A stretch of DNA of 64,000 nucleotides from Octopus vulgaris (taxonomy: Eukaryota). A program made the position numbers and the translations under genes. Location of the stretch: the NCBI GenBank assembly GCA_951406725.2, contig OX597824.1, positions 1,612,001-1,676,000 of the forward strand. The letters run 5' to 3'. The notes beneath the pieces were generated by a model. That model saw only the letters and a program-made list of their open reading frames with translations, was not told the origin of the DNA and ran no database searches. Of the stretch, positions 27,385-43,630 are shown one piece after another (position 1 is the first letter of the stretch; each line of letters starts with the position of its first letter).

Positions 27385-27975
27385 CCAATTCGGAAATTCT
27401 GCTTCTGTTCGTCACTTTCATAATCTCCTGTCTTGTTAATTTGTGTCGTTTTTCTTCCTACTGTTGTTTGTTTGCTTTTTTATTTTACATATTTTTCCTT
27501 CCCCATTTATAGGACCAGTAAGATTGATTGTGTAGCGAGGACAAAGAAATTTTCACCAAACCGGAGCCATACAAGCAAGAGAACCCCGTCATACCTGCTA
27601 GACAATTTCTGCCACCTCAGTACTCCTAACATCTGGCCACCTAACTCCCCAGACTGCAATCCCCTTGATTATTATGTGTGCTGTGCAGATAAGTGAGAGA
27701 CAAACAAAACTCCTGATAACATAAATGATAATCTGAAGGCAAGAATTTTAGCAGCATTCACCAATTTACACAAGGAGACCGTCCAGAAGATTTGCAGAAG
27801 ATTCCGAAGTCGTCTGGATGTCGTAGGTGAGGCCAATGGCGATTTTATTGAAGAAAGTTACTCTTTAGTATTTGAAGATAGTCTTATGTAATTTCGATAA
27901 ATGTATCTGTTCCAGTGAGATGTCACAGTGATTTTCGTTTTTGCGTAATGTAGTCCATAGTTTATTCAGTGCACC

Positions 27976-27978
<3 letters not shown>
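27385..27978 (+). mobile_element. Internally deleted maT/DD37D-like Tc1/mariner element
   Basis: SHTSKRT..DNF..NIWPPNSPDCNPLDYYV, then LKARI..KETVQKICRRFRSRL..EANGDFIE. Confidence 0.75.
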
Positions 27979-28018
<40 letters not shown>

Positions 28019-28149
28019 GATGCAAGTATGTATGCATGTATAATGTAAAGACAATGAACATTATACATGACAAATAGGAAGGATAAATATGAAATAGTTC
28101 CACGTTTTATGTATGCATGTACACACATACACCACACACACGCGCTCAC

Positions 28150-28672
28150 ACATACATGCGATTGTATTTTCTCGTTCGAACGTCCAGTAGGAACTTTTAC
28201 GAACTTAATTTTACGACCAGCCTTTTTCCGTTGCGCTTCAAACAGTTTAAGTATTTTTCAATAAAATGCAGAACGAACAAATCAATTTCGTTGTCTCAAT
28301 AATTTTTCGTTGCTATTATTTTAATGCATCGAAATCAAGCTCATTAGTTATAATTAGCTCTTACCACATTCGTCAATGCTTGTTCAGAGATATTAACTGG
28401 AGTGGCTCGACCCAAAAACCGAGCACCGAGAGCTAATAAAACTAATCTAAGTCTTAGGAAATCTTTTAAAGCATTCATTTAGCTAATACTCATATATTAT
28501 TCACTTTGCAATGCATTGCTTGAAAAGTTTAAACGATTGGGAAGAATTATTGAAAGAAATGCTATTTTCAGGTTTTCTGTGATGCTGCGATGGTTTCCAC
28601 TTCATTTTCACAAAACCTTTCAACATCCTCCATCTCACTTTGTCTCTCTCCCTTTTGTCTGCCTCTCTGTCC

Positions 28673-28730
<58 letters not shown>

Positions 28731-30054
28731 CTTCAACCTCATCTCTACCACAATCTCTCTACTTTCTTTCAGGTCTCTAACTCCCTAATTTCTCAACCTA
28801 CTCGCACTAAACTCGGTTGTCTCAGTTTCTTTTGGTACTCTTATTCTATCAAGTGTCATTCAATCGCAGCACTAAACGCTGCCCCCAATCGTTCCTGCTG
28901 AGAATTGACAAAGTAAATACTTACTTCCCAGCACACATTGGCCTAAACATAGCCAAGTTAGACATCAAAACATGATGCTTTCCAAAATAAGAGTGTCTGT
29001 AATGGTTAATGGCACATTTTCCTCATTCCCCTTTGCGTAATCTATATGATTAAAATGACGATTTTGGATCTATAGACACTTCTACGTTTTGCATCCTTAT
29101 GCCACTTTCTCAGGGGCATTTAAGTATTTCCTAATATGGTGTCAATTAATTGAAGCATTGCAATAATGAAACGTAAGGAATTGGTTGTGTTGTTAGAGCG
29201 ACGGATCAAATGCATCGTAATTGTTGTTTCGGCTATCTCTGCATACTCAGTTCGAATCTCGACGAGCTTAGCTTTGTCTTTCTTCAATAGCGAAAGGTCA
29301 ATTGGCCTCCCCTCCCCCACCTTTCACAGCTCTCTCTTTTCGTCTCTCTATCAGTCTCTTCACCTCCCAATCAGTTTCTTTGCGCCTCAGAAAATTTGTT
29401 TATGGAAATTATTTACAGAATCCTTTACTTGGGGAGAAAAAAAAAAAACGGTGAAGTAAGTGACTGGGAGAATCCTTTTCATAGACATGTTACTGGAAAT
29501 GTGGAAATAAAAGAAGAGAGATGTCTAGGGTAGCTTAGATGAGAAGAAAGGAAAGGAATATGAAATAAAACTTGACGAGATGTGATATCGGAAAAAAGTA
29601 ACGGTTACATCAAGAATGGATGAAATCCTTACCATTTGGTTGAAATAACAGCTACGAGATTTATAGCTAAAATCTGTAAGAAATACGTCGTTATTCTGGA
29701 AAGCACTATTTTAAAGCAATAAATATATATTTTCGATGGAACGAAGATAATCTACAATTTAAGCGGCATTCTGTAACGTAACAGTAATCGGTTCCATTAA
29801 ATATGGATGTCTTAAAATTTTTTTCCCCTTTTGCAGTATTTTATAGATAAAAAAAAATGGAAAAGAGTCTATTATCAACATCAGTCATTATTGCAAATAT
29901 CCATGGCAACTAATATGAAATGAGAGTTAATTATTTTTTACGTAGATTTGGTGGTAATTGAACTATCGATGACGATGAAACAAACGATAAATCTATCGCA
30001 CATCTATACAGAAATTATTTCCTTTCGACATGATTAACTGACATATGATCTCTT

Positions 30055-30098
<44 letters not shown>

Positions 30099-30310
30099 AC
30101 TAATATATGGTATTATAATACATTTTCGTTCCAAGCGCCGCTGTATGTCTACTTACTGAACTGCAACAAAGAAACAGTCATTTCAAATAGCATTTAGGAT
30201 GCTTAAAGATGAGTCACAACTATTCTTTGAGTGCTCGGTTTTCCTCAGCAGAAACAGCTGTGAGATAATGAACGTGATTATATAACGCCAATCCTTTTGT
30301 CATCCATTTG

Positions 30311-30402
<92 letters not shown>

Positions 30403-30414
30403 CAGACAGACAGA

Positions 30415-30468
<54 letters not shown>

Positions 30469-30715
30469 CAGAGGGGGGTTGGCCAAAGGTCACTTGACAG
30501 TAAATCAAAACCATTTAATTCATTCCAAGATTTATTTATGTTTATGAACTGAATGAATTTAATAAAAGCATCTAAATATGAAACACCAAAATAATTGTTC
30601 AAACTGAAGTCGTTGAAGTCGTTTCCATTCGAGTCAATACAGAATTACAGTTAGTATTTGTGGAATTTTGATTTACTGTCGTGTGACTTTTTACCAAAGA
30701 TGTATATTAATGTGT

Positions 30716-30786
<71 letters not shown>

Positions 30787-30825
30787 ATTATACACGTATA
30801 ACTTGCCCATCAACTATACATAAAT
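28150..30825 (+). repeat. Copy 1 of a 2.7-kb near-identical direct duplication
   Basis: Runs from ACATACATGCGATTGTATTTTC to CAACTATACATAAAT. Matches 31803-34483 except microsatellite lengths and about nine substitutions seen by eye. Confidence 0.95.
30474..30703. mobile_element. Tc1/mariner-type MITE (duplicated copy at about 34122-34352)
   Basis: TIRs GGTTGGCCAAAGGTCACTTGACAGTAAATCAAAA / TTTTGATTTACTGTCGTGTGACTTTTTACC; same family as 59752-59959. Confidence 0.7.
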
Positions 30826-31802
30826 ATATATACTAAGACGGAACTTAGAGGAAACATGATGGATAATATACCCAGGTGACAAATATAAATGCCGCAAAAT
30901 ATCCTCTTTATTAGATAATTACATTTTTAGCGCACGAATTAGTTTTTTTCATAAAAATTCCGAAAGCATGATAACGGAACATATTGGATGTTGGAAGCGG
31001 ATTAAGTAAATGTATCTACGAAGCAAATTTTGCACAATTAATTTCTAGTTTAATCCTATTAGATGCCTTTCGATCCAATTAATAATTTTTCTTCATAATC
31101 TGAATCGGCAACAGTTGAATTTTATAACAATAACAATCTATGATTGAAACAACATTTCTCACAATGAAAAAGATGGGAAAATAAGTTGCTTTTTTTTTTA
31201 TTCAGCAGAAGTAATTGGCAGCTTAAACGTTGGAAAAAAGAAACACATTTTGACGAAAGCGAATTAGTTTCATGTGATAATAAATAATCGTTTGTTAATG
31301 TTATGCACATTCCTTACATATAAGATGGTTGGGAATTTTGTCACAAGGCCAGCAATCCTGCGGGATGGTGTAAGTCTAATTTGTACAAAATATTTGAGCA
31401 AATACATCATTTGTTTGTAATGTATTATCCGCTTGAGAGACTATAGCACACATCAGTAAATATGATTTTGGCTGAATTTTATATTTCTAGTTTTGAACTG
31501 AGCTTAGCTGTGACGAAAGGGACATAAACAGATCGAAACACCGCGGTGTCTCAGAGCCCATTACCTCAGTGAATAGTGTTTTGAGTACAGAACGTCAGAA
31601 ATACGAGTTTATTCTCCAAAGACAAAGTACAACAGCAATCAGCATATTCGCATTCAAATCTGCTGGAAGGAATTAAGGACAATAGGTATGTATTAGTTGA
31701 TGAGAATTTATCATATTTTTTTGGTTTGATGAAACCTCTGTAAACACAATTATTTATCCTGTAGAATAGATATTTGGGCCCTTTCCTAAAGCCTTGCAGT
31801 AT

Positions 31803-34483
<2,681 letters not shown>

Positions 34484-34647
34484 GTCGGGGTGGAAATCCA
34501 CGCCGCCATTTCTTCAGTTATCCGGCCATCAGAAAAATGCTATCATGGCTACCGAATAATGTCACATAGTACATTTACAAATAAATTCCTCTATTTACAT
34601 AATATCGAGGTCTCTTTCACTCTTTTGTTGTCTTACAATTTCTATCA

Positions 34648-34705
<58 letters not shown>

Positions 34706-34883
34706 TTTGTCTGTTTGTGCGCACGTGTGTGCGTCTGCGTGCATGTATGCATGTGAGTGAACATGTGTACGTGGACTGTGTGCGTGTGTGTATGGTCATG
34801 TGTTTCTGTCTTCAATCACTAACGTAAAATTTAGTGATTCCCCAATACCCACAGAATATACATACGCAAGTACATGCAAACAA

Positions 34884-34951
<68 letters not shown>

Positions 34952-35209
34952 GTAGGTAGGTAAATGGATATGTAAGTAAACAGATAGATGCATAGGTAAT
35001 TAGATAGATAGGTACATAGGTAATACGGACAGACAAGCACACATAAAAAGGAGGCGGAAACACATCTACAAACACAGAAACATGCACACACAAGCTCATA
35101 CGCAGAATACATACTTATGTACTTATGTACGTACACACATGCATACATGTGCATACATGTACACACACGAACATATATACATGCATACACACACATACTG
35201 ATCCAGTCA

Positions 35210-35610
35210 ACTGATTCCCCTCAAAGAACAGTCCTCCCCATTTTCTCTATCCCTCGCATACTACTTAAAGTACCCTTAACCCTTCCTTTTAATATCCATC
35301 TCTACTATCATTAGCCTCATTATAAATCCGAACCCTGAACTCTATTTTTTCCTGCCACAAATCTCTACTTAAATACACCCAACACCTCTTCCTAATTCCA
35401 TTAGCTCTCCACAAAATCATTCCATCTTTAAATTCAATTCTGTCAATACCTCAAATGTAAAATTATTCTCTGAAGACGGAGGATGGTATTATCCGATGAT
35501 GGAATGAATTTCCAGTCATTAGTTTGGTCCACAATGCCTCCAGAAACAGCTGTTGTTCTTGTAAAACTCTTTTCAACCCCCTTAATTCCTGCTTTCATTT
35601 GTATTCTGTG
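35210..35610 (+). mobile_element. PLE-like terminal repeat with hammerhead motif
   Basis: CTGAAGA (35470-35476) C-GGAGG ... CCTCC-A GAAACAGCTGTT (35543-35554). Homolog at 15120-15420 on the minus strand. Confidence 0.6.
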
Positions 35611-35717
35611 TGAATCCGACCTTTTTATATGTAGATATATGTACATTTTTTGTATTAAATGTATTTAACATATCTTGTATATCGACTTGCCTAACTTGTT
35701 TGTCCTTAATTTCACTC

Positions 35718-35768
<51 letters not shown>

Positions 35769-36564
35769 TGTATATAACTGTATATGTACACCTATATAGC
35801 TTCTCATATGTAGCTATATATGCAAACCTATCCACAACTAAACAGTTGATTTTTGTTGGAAAATTGATGCTTCGTAGACACAAAATTTGTTTCAACACAC
35901 GAATTTACGGTAAGAATCTTTCAAATCAAATCTATTCAAAACACGAAGTGTGTTTACAAACCTTTGTAGAAACACGCGTACACATGTGCCTACACGAACA
36001 CACACGTACACACATACACACACACAACCTCAGACACAAATATCTACGACCACGTTGAGAGTTGATATACACACTGGAAGTCTTATCATTGTAAACCCTG
36101 ATAGCAAAATAGAGACAGTGTTAACAACATAAGACTTAAACACATGTGTCACCATTCTCACAATCCAGTCTGTTGCGAGTCCGGCTGGAAACAGGCGAAG
36201 GCATGCAATAACAACTTAGATTATCAAAGAAGTGACGAGAGAAATACAAAGGCCTATCTGTGTATCTGTGTATTTGTATACATTCCTAGTTGTGTATGAT
36301 CTGTGGCTATCAGAATGTCTGCTAGTCTGTTTGTATGCACGTTTTGTGTAGATATGAAGGTTTATGTTTGGGTGATTCTTTGTGTGTGTCGTTTGCGTTT
36401 GTGTGAGGTGTGGTCATTAAAATGATTAGTAACCCAATTATACCACAAGTTTTATTTAACACTGCTACTTAAACGATAATCAATGACAAAGGAATACAAA
36501 CGTCGCCATATATAGAAACTATTAAAGCGTTCGGGAATTTAATGGATACAAAACGTGCCGTAGT

Positions 36565-37110
36565 GAAGATGACGACGACGACGACGACGAGAAAAAGGGT
36601 GATGATTATCGAGGTGGTAGGTTAGTGTTGGTGAGTGTGGGGATTTTGGATGGTGGGGTTGATGCCTGTTATTGTTCGCGCTGCTGGTAATGGTAATGCT
36701 GCTCGTGCTGGTGCTGCTGATGGTGCCGAAGGCAATAGTGGTATTGGTGACGACGACGATGATGATGATGATGATGATGATGACAATGATAGTGGTGGTG
36801 GTGGTGGTGACGATGATGATGATGATGATGATGACTATGATAGTCGTGGTGGTGGTGGTGGTGATGATGATGACGGTGGTGGTGGTGTTGGTGATGATTA
36901 TAATGATGAATATGACGACGATACTGTTGGTGGTGGTGTTCGTGATGAAGATGATGATGATGACGATGATAGTGGTGGTGGTGATGACGACGCGGACGAC
37001 GAGGATGATGATATGGGTGATAGCGGTTCTCAAAACAGCTATAAAAATCCCATTCCAGCTGATAAGAATGATCAATGTAATAAGCATGAAGATGATGATG
37101 ATGATCATTG
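36565..37110. repeat. Degenerate (GAT)n/(GGT)n trinucleotide tract
   Basis: Open in several frames as poly-D/G, poly-M/V and poly-I/T. Confidence 0.9.
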
Positions 37111-37190
37111 GGATAAAAATAATTTATTATTTGCTGGAATCGTTAGAATTTTCCGGAAAATGTCTCTCGATATTTATGCCGGATCGCAAA

Positions 37191-37400
37191 GCGGCGACCT
37201 GGCAGAATCGTTATCACACCAAGCAGAGTACTTAGCGGCATTTCGCCTGTCTTTACGTTCTGAGCACAAATTCCACCAAGGTTCACTTTATCCTCCATCC
37301 TTTCGGAGTCGATGAAACAGGTACCAGCTGAGTACTGGGGTCGATGTAATCAACTGACACCTTTCTCCAAAGTTGTTGGCCTTTTGTCAAAATTTGAGAC
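37191..37400 (+). mobile_element. Meta-like SINE
   Basis: GCGGCGACCTGGCAGAATCGTTA..CCATCCTTTCGGAGTCGATGAAACAGGTACCAG..GGCCTTTTGTC. Confidence 0.8.
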
Positions 37401-37421
37401 AATTATTATAAATATTATTCA

Positions 37422-37471
<50 letters not shown>

Positions 37472-37825
37472 ATAGCAGCATCAACCGTAGCAGCAGGAAC
37501 GTTGAATGTAGTGTCTTGCTCACAGACACAATTCACTGCTCCACCGAGGAATCGAACGTACGAGTTTATAATAATGAGGACAACAACATAACCGTTAGGC
37601 CACTTGCTTCTTGTTTATGCACACACACACACACATTCATATATAGTTCGCATTAGTGTTTCTTTTACGAGATTTTTCATGTGATCTCGCTGAAAGTTCG
37701 AAATAGGGAGTAATATCACGGACGACAACTGAGGAGGGGTTAGACTTCTATTCGTATTCTGTCCCGTACTTGAATCTCATTATATGTTTACGAATGTTTC
37801 ATTCGTTGGTGCTGTCCTGTACTTG

Positions 37826-37857
<32 letters not shown>

Positions 37858-38130
37858 GTAAATCCACAAAAACGGGGAACAGACACAAAAATCAAAGCGA
37901 GGACGTGGTACATGTAAAGTATTAGGAGACGCTCAGGGAAGGAAACAAAGATGGTTTAACATTTCGAGCAAAGCTCTTCTTCTGAAATAGAGGAAAGTCC
38001 AATAGAAAAGGAAGACGGGGGAAAGAAATTGCCAACGATTCACACATGGTTACATTTTGAAATGATCGGAAGAGAATGGGTGAAGAAAAGTTCTTCCTAA
38101 GAGAGGAGAATGCAACAGAAGGAGGTCTGT
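37858..38130 (-). mobile_element. PLE terminal-repeat remnant with hammerhead-like motif
   Basis: Minus strand CAGAAGAAGAGCTTTGCTCGAAATGTTA (37984-37957). The GCGAGGACGTGG segment is shared with about 16105-16168. Confidence 0.55.
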
Positions 38131-38208
38131 GTGTGTATGGGTGTGCGCGCAGGTCTGTGTGTGTGTGTGTGTGTATGTGTGGGTAAGTGTGTACGCGCAA
38201 GTCTCTGT

Positions 38209-38254
<46 letters not shown>

Positions 38255-38529
38255 ATGTGTTGCGTGCGTGGTGTGTGTTGTTTTTACGTGTATTTGTGAG
38301 TGAACTCTGTATCTCTTAATGATGTAGGAAGAATTCAGCAGCATGGTAAGAGGAGTGGTGGTCTTTTGTGTAGTTGTGTCTCTCTTCACATGTGCAGAGG
38401 GGAATGGTCAGTAGAAAGGTGTTTGACTGGCAGCTTGAAGTATGTGTGTGCATGTGTGAGTGTGTGTATGTGTGTGTATGTGCGTGTGTATATTTGTGTG
38501 CGTTTGTGTGTATGTGTGCGTGTATGAGC

Positions 38530-38587
<58 letters not shown>

Positions 38588-38703
38588 TTAAAATAAGGGT
38601 GAAACATTGAATATTAATTTGATTAATATCAATTTAAAACCAGTGGTCTAACATACTAAAATCTGAAGATTCAGAAAAATTATTTTACATTCATATAACA
38701 AGG

Positions 38704-39014
38704 ATGACCACTACGTGGACATCCATTATGCTAGAAAGAGATCCGCTATGGTCTTACCACTAAGAAACGAATGTTCTGAAGAAAAATTTAGCAAACGCCA
38801 GAATGTAAGCGAGCAAGACAAATGAAAAGAAACAAAATATAGATTTTTTTAAAACAAAATATAGATTTTTAAAATCTATATTTTGTTTCTTTTCATTTGA
38901 CTTGCTCGCTTACGTTCTGGTGTTTGCTAAATTTTTCTTGAGAACATTCGTTTCTTAGTGGTAAGATCATAGCGGATCTACTTGTAGCATAATGGATGTC
39001 CATGTAGTGGTCAT
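38704..39014. repeat. Long palindrome (~144-bp arms)
   Basis: ATGACCACTACGTGGACATCCATTATGCTA...AAACAAAATATAGATTTT / AAAATCTATATTTTGTTT...TAGCATAATGGATGTCCATGTAGTGGTCAT. A 19-bp duplication lies at the centre. Confidence 0.92.
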
Positions 39015-39809
39015 ATATATATATATAAACCAGGTCAGCAATATAGAATGTACGTGGAAACTTATAAGAGAACAATAACTTAGGCTGTTCAGTATCATAA
39101 CTGCGAGAAGATAGTGAATATGATGGTTGTGCAAATACTGTAGAGGTTTATAAATGTGATACAAAACATCCTTTAAACAACAATATCCATGGAATTTGTT
39201 AATAAATGCGCCTTTAAGAGTGACATAATCCCAATCTAAACAGTTGAGTGAATTTTTTGTGGAAATCTCAAATTATATAGAAGAGAGTAGGCTTGCTTTA
39301 TGAGACTGAGCGATGGAAACAGAGGGCATCCTTAAATGTTTGCTTCAACAGAATATACACATTGCAACAAGGATTAAACACATTGCAACAATGATTAGAT
39401 ACACATTTATTAGACACTCGCAGAGAAAGATGTCACCCTGTACGCGAGCAAAGATTCAAACGCTGGAAAATTGAGCATACTAAGATGTGTGTATGTGTAT
39501 GAATATGAAATAGGAGCAGTACTAGTGTAACAAATACTATTAGCCATATGTGCTTAACGTACATGCATCGTGTATTTTGAGTATAAATATTTGAATTTCT
39601 TCTTCTGTATGCATTGTCCGAGGATACGCGCAAACGGTTTTCAAAGCGATCAGCATAGAAGTGATGGACTGGTAAAATGATTCACCTCCCATCCGCATCA
39701 AAAACGTGATATTGACAAGCCAGAAAATGGCGGAACATCGATGTCCATCATCTCTGGATAGGGTTGAGGGTGCGTTTTGTCACCTACCAATTTCTCTAAT
39801 ATTTCTCTA

Positions 39810-39844
39810 CATATTTATATATGTATATACATATATATAAATAC

Positions 39845-39875
<31 letters not shown>

Positions 39876-39947
39876 TGCATATATATATATACACATATAT
39901 ATACATATATATACAATATATATATACATACATACACATATACATAC

Positions 39948-39992
<45 letters not shown>

Positions 39993-40129
39993 TATATATA
40001 CATATACATACATATATATATTTATATATATACACACACACACATATACACACATATATATATATACATATATATACATATACATATATACACATACACA
40101 CACATATATATATACATATATATAGCTAG

Positions 40130-40174
<45 letters not shown>

Positions 40175-40220
40175 TATATATACATATAGATATATATATA
40201 AATATATATGGATATATACA

Positions 40221-40269
<49 letters not shown>

Positions 40270-40270
40270 G
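39810..40270. repeat. (TA)n/(CA)n microsatellite
   Basis: Visible array. Confidence 0.95.
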
Positions 40271-40293
40271 TGTGTGTGATTGTGTATAGAAGA

Positions 40294-40472
40294 ATATATT
40301 AATAAAAAGAATTCCAACCTTGTCTGATTTTCACGTTTTATTTACAATCTTATAATCTATATTATCTACTATTTCATTTTATTTTATTCAATTATAATAT
40401 ATTATCTTATAATATATCATTATAAGATTGTAAATAAAACGTGAAAATCAGACAAGGTTGGAATTCTTTTTA

Positions 40473-40481
<9 letters not shown>
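40294..40481. repeat. Perfect 63-bp inverted repeat with 62-bp AT-rich spacer
   Basis: 40294-40356 is the exact reverse complement of 40419-40481. A diverged single arm lies at about 60525-60580. Confidence 0.92.
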
Positions 40482-40532
<51 letters not shown>

Positions 40533-40587
40533 CATATATATGGATATATACATACATATATATATATATATACATATATATGGATAT

Positions 40588-40646
<59 letters not shown>

Positions 40647-40904
40647 TGAGAAAGTTGGTTTGTGAAAGCACGTGGTTGAATATATAGAAATTTGAAAAGC
40701 TGAACGCGAAACCGGTCATTTCTTCTAAACTATGTCATTGTAAGAAAAAAATTGATAACATTCTTCAGACATATTGACTCAAATATATATTTTTTAACCT
40801 TTTAAAACAAGCCTTCTGTAGTTTTTTCACTTATTACTATTTTCTATATATATATACATTTACAGATATATATATCTGTGTGTGTGTGTGTGTGTGCACA
40901 TGCA

Positions 40905-41389
40905 GACCGACATCAAAACCTCCACTGAATATCAAAGATCTGCGGAGGAACAGTGGGTAATCGAACAGAATCCAAAAGTGTTCTACTATTATGCAAATAG
41001 GCATAGAACCATTGCCTCACCCATTGGGCCATTAATCGATATTGACCTAAGAGAAGCGAACGAAGTCAATTCCCAACATAAAAGCTGGTACATAACCTTC
41101 ACTACCTCTGAGATCTTAGCAGCAATAAATGAGGTCAAATACTATTCTGCTGTCGGCCCTGATATATTCCCCGGTAGTCTCCTGAAGGAATGTAGACACC
41201 AAATTGCACTCCCTCTGACCAACCTCTGGAGAAATTCTTTAGACTCAGGGACGGAAACAGTTCCTATCCCTGATGTCATTCCGGTTTTCAAACAGGGAAT
41301 CAGATCTCTCGCAGACAGCTATCGCCCAATCTCACTCACCTCCCACATCATTAAAGTGTTTGAAAGAGTGGTAACATCAAGGATAGCTG
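40905..41389 (+). mobile_element. CR1/L2-type LINE ORF2 fragment (N-terminal RT region), cut by assembly gap
   Basis: NPKVFYYYAN..SAVGPDIFPGSLLKEC..PLTNLWRNSLDSG..VIPVFKQG..YRPISLTSHIIKVFERVV. Confidence 0.85.
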
Positions 41390-41489
41390 NNNNNNNNNNN
41401 NNNNNNNNNNNNNNNNNNNNNNNNNNNNNNNNNNNNNNNNNNNNNNNNNNNNNNNNNNNNNNNNNNNNNNNNNNNNNNNNNNNNNNNNN
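41390..41489. other. Assembly gap (100 N)
   Basis: Run of n. Confidence 1.
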
Positions 41490-41659
41490 ATGGAGATTTC
41501 ACGAAATGGCTGGCGTGCTACATGAAGGGCATTGAATCAGCCGAACCTACTGTGGAGGAGATAAGAGTTTCGTACTTTTAAATTTCAAATGATTCTCATG
41601 AACAAGTCTCAAAACGTCTGTAATACGCCTTGTAGAACATAAAACATCTAATATGTTGA

Positions 41660-41810
41660 AATCGCTTCTGGGTTCGAATTCTGCCGAGGTCGATTTTGTT
41701 TCTCATCCTTCTGGAGTCGATGAAATATGTAGTAACTGAGAGTTTTGGTCGATGTAATCAACTTACCTCCCCACTAATATTTTAGGCATTTTGCATATTG
41801 TAGATGAGGA
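41660..41810 (+). mobile_element. Truncated Meta-like SINE
   Basis: GGGTTCGAATTCTGCCGAGGTCGA..TCATCCTTCTGGAGTCGATGAAA. Confidence 0.65.
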
Positions 41811-43206
41811 TATCTGGAAATCGCTGAATAATTGCTTTAAACGAAAGTATTAATACATAAAGTTTAAAACATTTCCTAATTGTGGCTTTGTCTCACTACA
41901 TTATGCATATCAGCCAGCGGTTCTCTCTATCGGTAGTTGTGTTCATCTTACCACAAAAACTGTACCACGCGTGGTTGTACCAGTAGAGTGACTTCAAAGA
42001 GGGTGTACATTATTTGAAATACTCAGCGTGCTACATGATCAAATTTCATTTCAGCCTCTTTGGACAAAAGAAAGTGAAGATATTCAGAAGGTCTTTTGAA
42101 AAATCTCAGCTGGTCTTGAAAACCTTTTTAAAATCGGAGAGTTGATGAGATCGGAAAAAATTCCTTGTTTAATGTTGAAAAGGACATTTAATAAACATGG
42201 GTTTGGGAATATATTTTGCCACCATGGTTAATATTGAGAAATATGACATACATATAAATGCTATAATTTAACTTTTATCAAAGTTCTTGCTTTTTCTACA
42301 AAATAATGAAATGAATGCTAATTTACAAAGGTTTGATATGTATTACTTTTAATTAAACACATAAATCAAAGCAGCCGTGTTCATACACAATCCTAATACG
42401 TTCCAGCGGGTACGAACGTGGATATGCTAATCGCTGGTGCATTTTGTAAACTTTTCCTTATTTCTCATTTATGTAACTCCTCCTTAAATACTCTTTTTTA
42501 CTATCTTTCTCTCTCTCCTTTCCCCTCTCTCTCCCACTGTATACGATGACTAAAAGAAAAGAAAAACAAGTAACCAGTTAACCTTTTTCATGATTATAAA
42601 AAATATAGAGATATTACATTAAACGTTCAACTCATGCCAGCATCAAAAATCGGACGTAAAACTATCATTATGATTACTGGTTTCAGCTGAACTGTAGAAA
42701 AGATGTCACACAGAAAACATAGAGAACAGTATTCACTTTAGTCACCGATGTCTATTAAATCGATTCAGAATGAGAAACGGCAAAGTAGACTTGGGTGGAA
42801 AATGAACTGAGAATAGACAGACGCGTAATTAACACCGCAATATAAAATGTGTCAGACATTGAGGCTATTAAGTCAGTCACTTATCATAGTGCAAGAAATA
42901 ATGAGATGACCAGTCATAGAAATATATTCATTTATGTCACATTTCGCCATTCCGAATTTATGTTTCTATTCAATTGTATCACTGATTACCTTTTACTCTG
43001 TAGATAAATGGTTCTTAACATAAAAAAAGCAACAATAATGAAAATAAAATAATGATGGAAATTAATCAACATTGAAACCACACAATATTAAAGGAGATGC
43101 CTTTAAGATGACAAGCGTGGAATATATAATTTCGAGTGATGATTAACTAATTCGGAAAACATCTTTTCTTAACACTATACATATGGAGACAGGAAAACGA
43201 ATCACG

Positions 43207-43207
<1 letters not shown>

Positions 43208-43277
<70 letters not shown>
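43208..43277. repeat. (TTA)n microsatellite
   Basis: Pure array. Confidence 0.95.
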
Positions 43278-43279
<2 letters not shown>

Positions 43280-43489
43280 TGTATTTCATATTTATGTACA
43301 TCACACACATTTAAATTAATTTTGGACAGAAGTAATAAACAAAACAAAAAGAAAACACGAACGAAAATTATTTGGAAAGATTTTCTTTTAGGATAAATAT
43401 TTATTGCTAATAATCAGTGCCTCTTTCACTTTCACCCATTTCCTAAATTAATTATGTAAAAGTCTCTTTTATCACAGTAAATAACAATT

Positions 43490-43630
43490 TCAGATTTTGG
43501 CACAAGGCCAACAAGTTCGAGAAGAAAGTAGTCGATGACCCTAATGCTCAACTTGTACTTATTTTATCGACCCCGAAAGGATGAAAGACAATGTCGACCT
43601 TGGCGGAATCTTAACAGAGAACGTCAAAGC
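43490..43630 (-). mobile_element. Meta-like SINE (partial)
   Basis: TGGCACAAGGCC..TTTATCGACCCCGAAAGGATGAAAG..GTCGACCTTGGCGGAAT. Confidence 0.75.

Noticed and set aside
36635-37315. 226-aa Asp/Gly-rich ORF resembling an acidic biomineralisation protein
   Set aside because: It is a GAT/GGT trinucleotide tract open in several frames, starts at GTG, and runs into a SINE. No splice or domain support.
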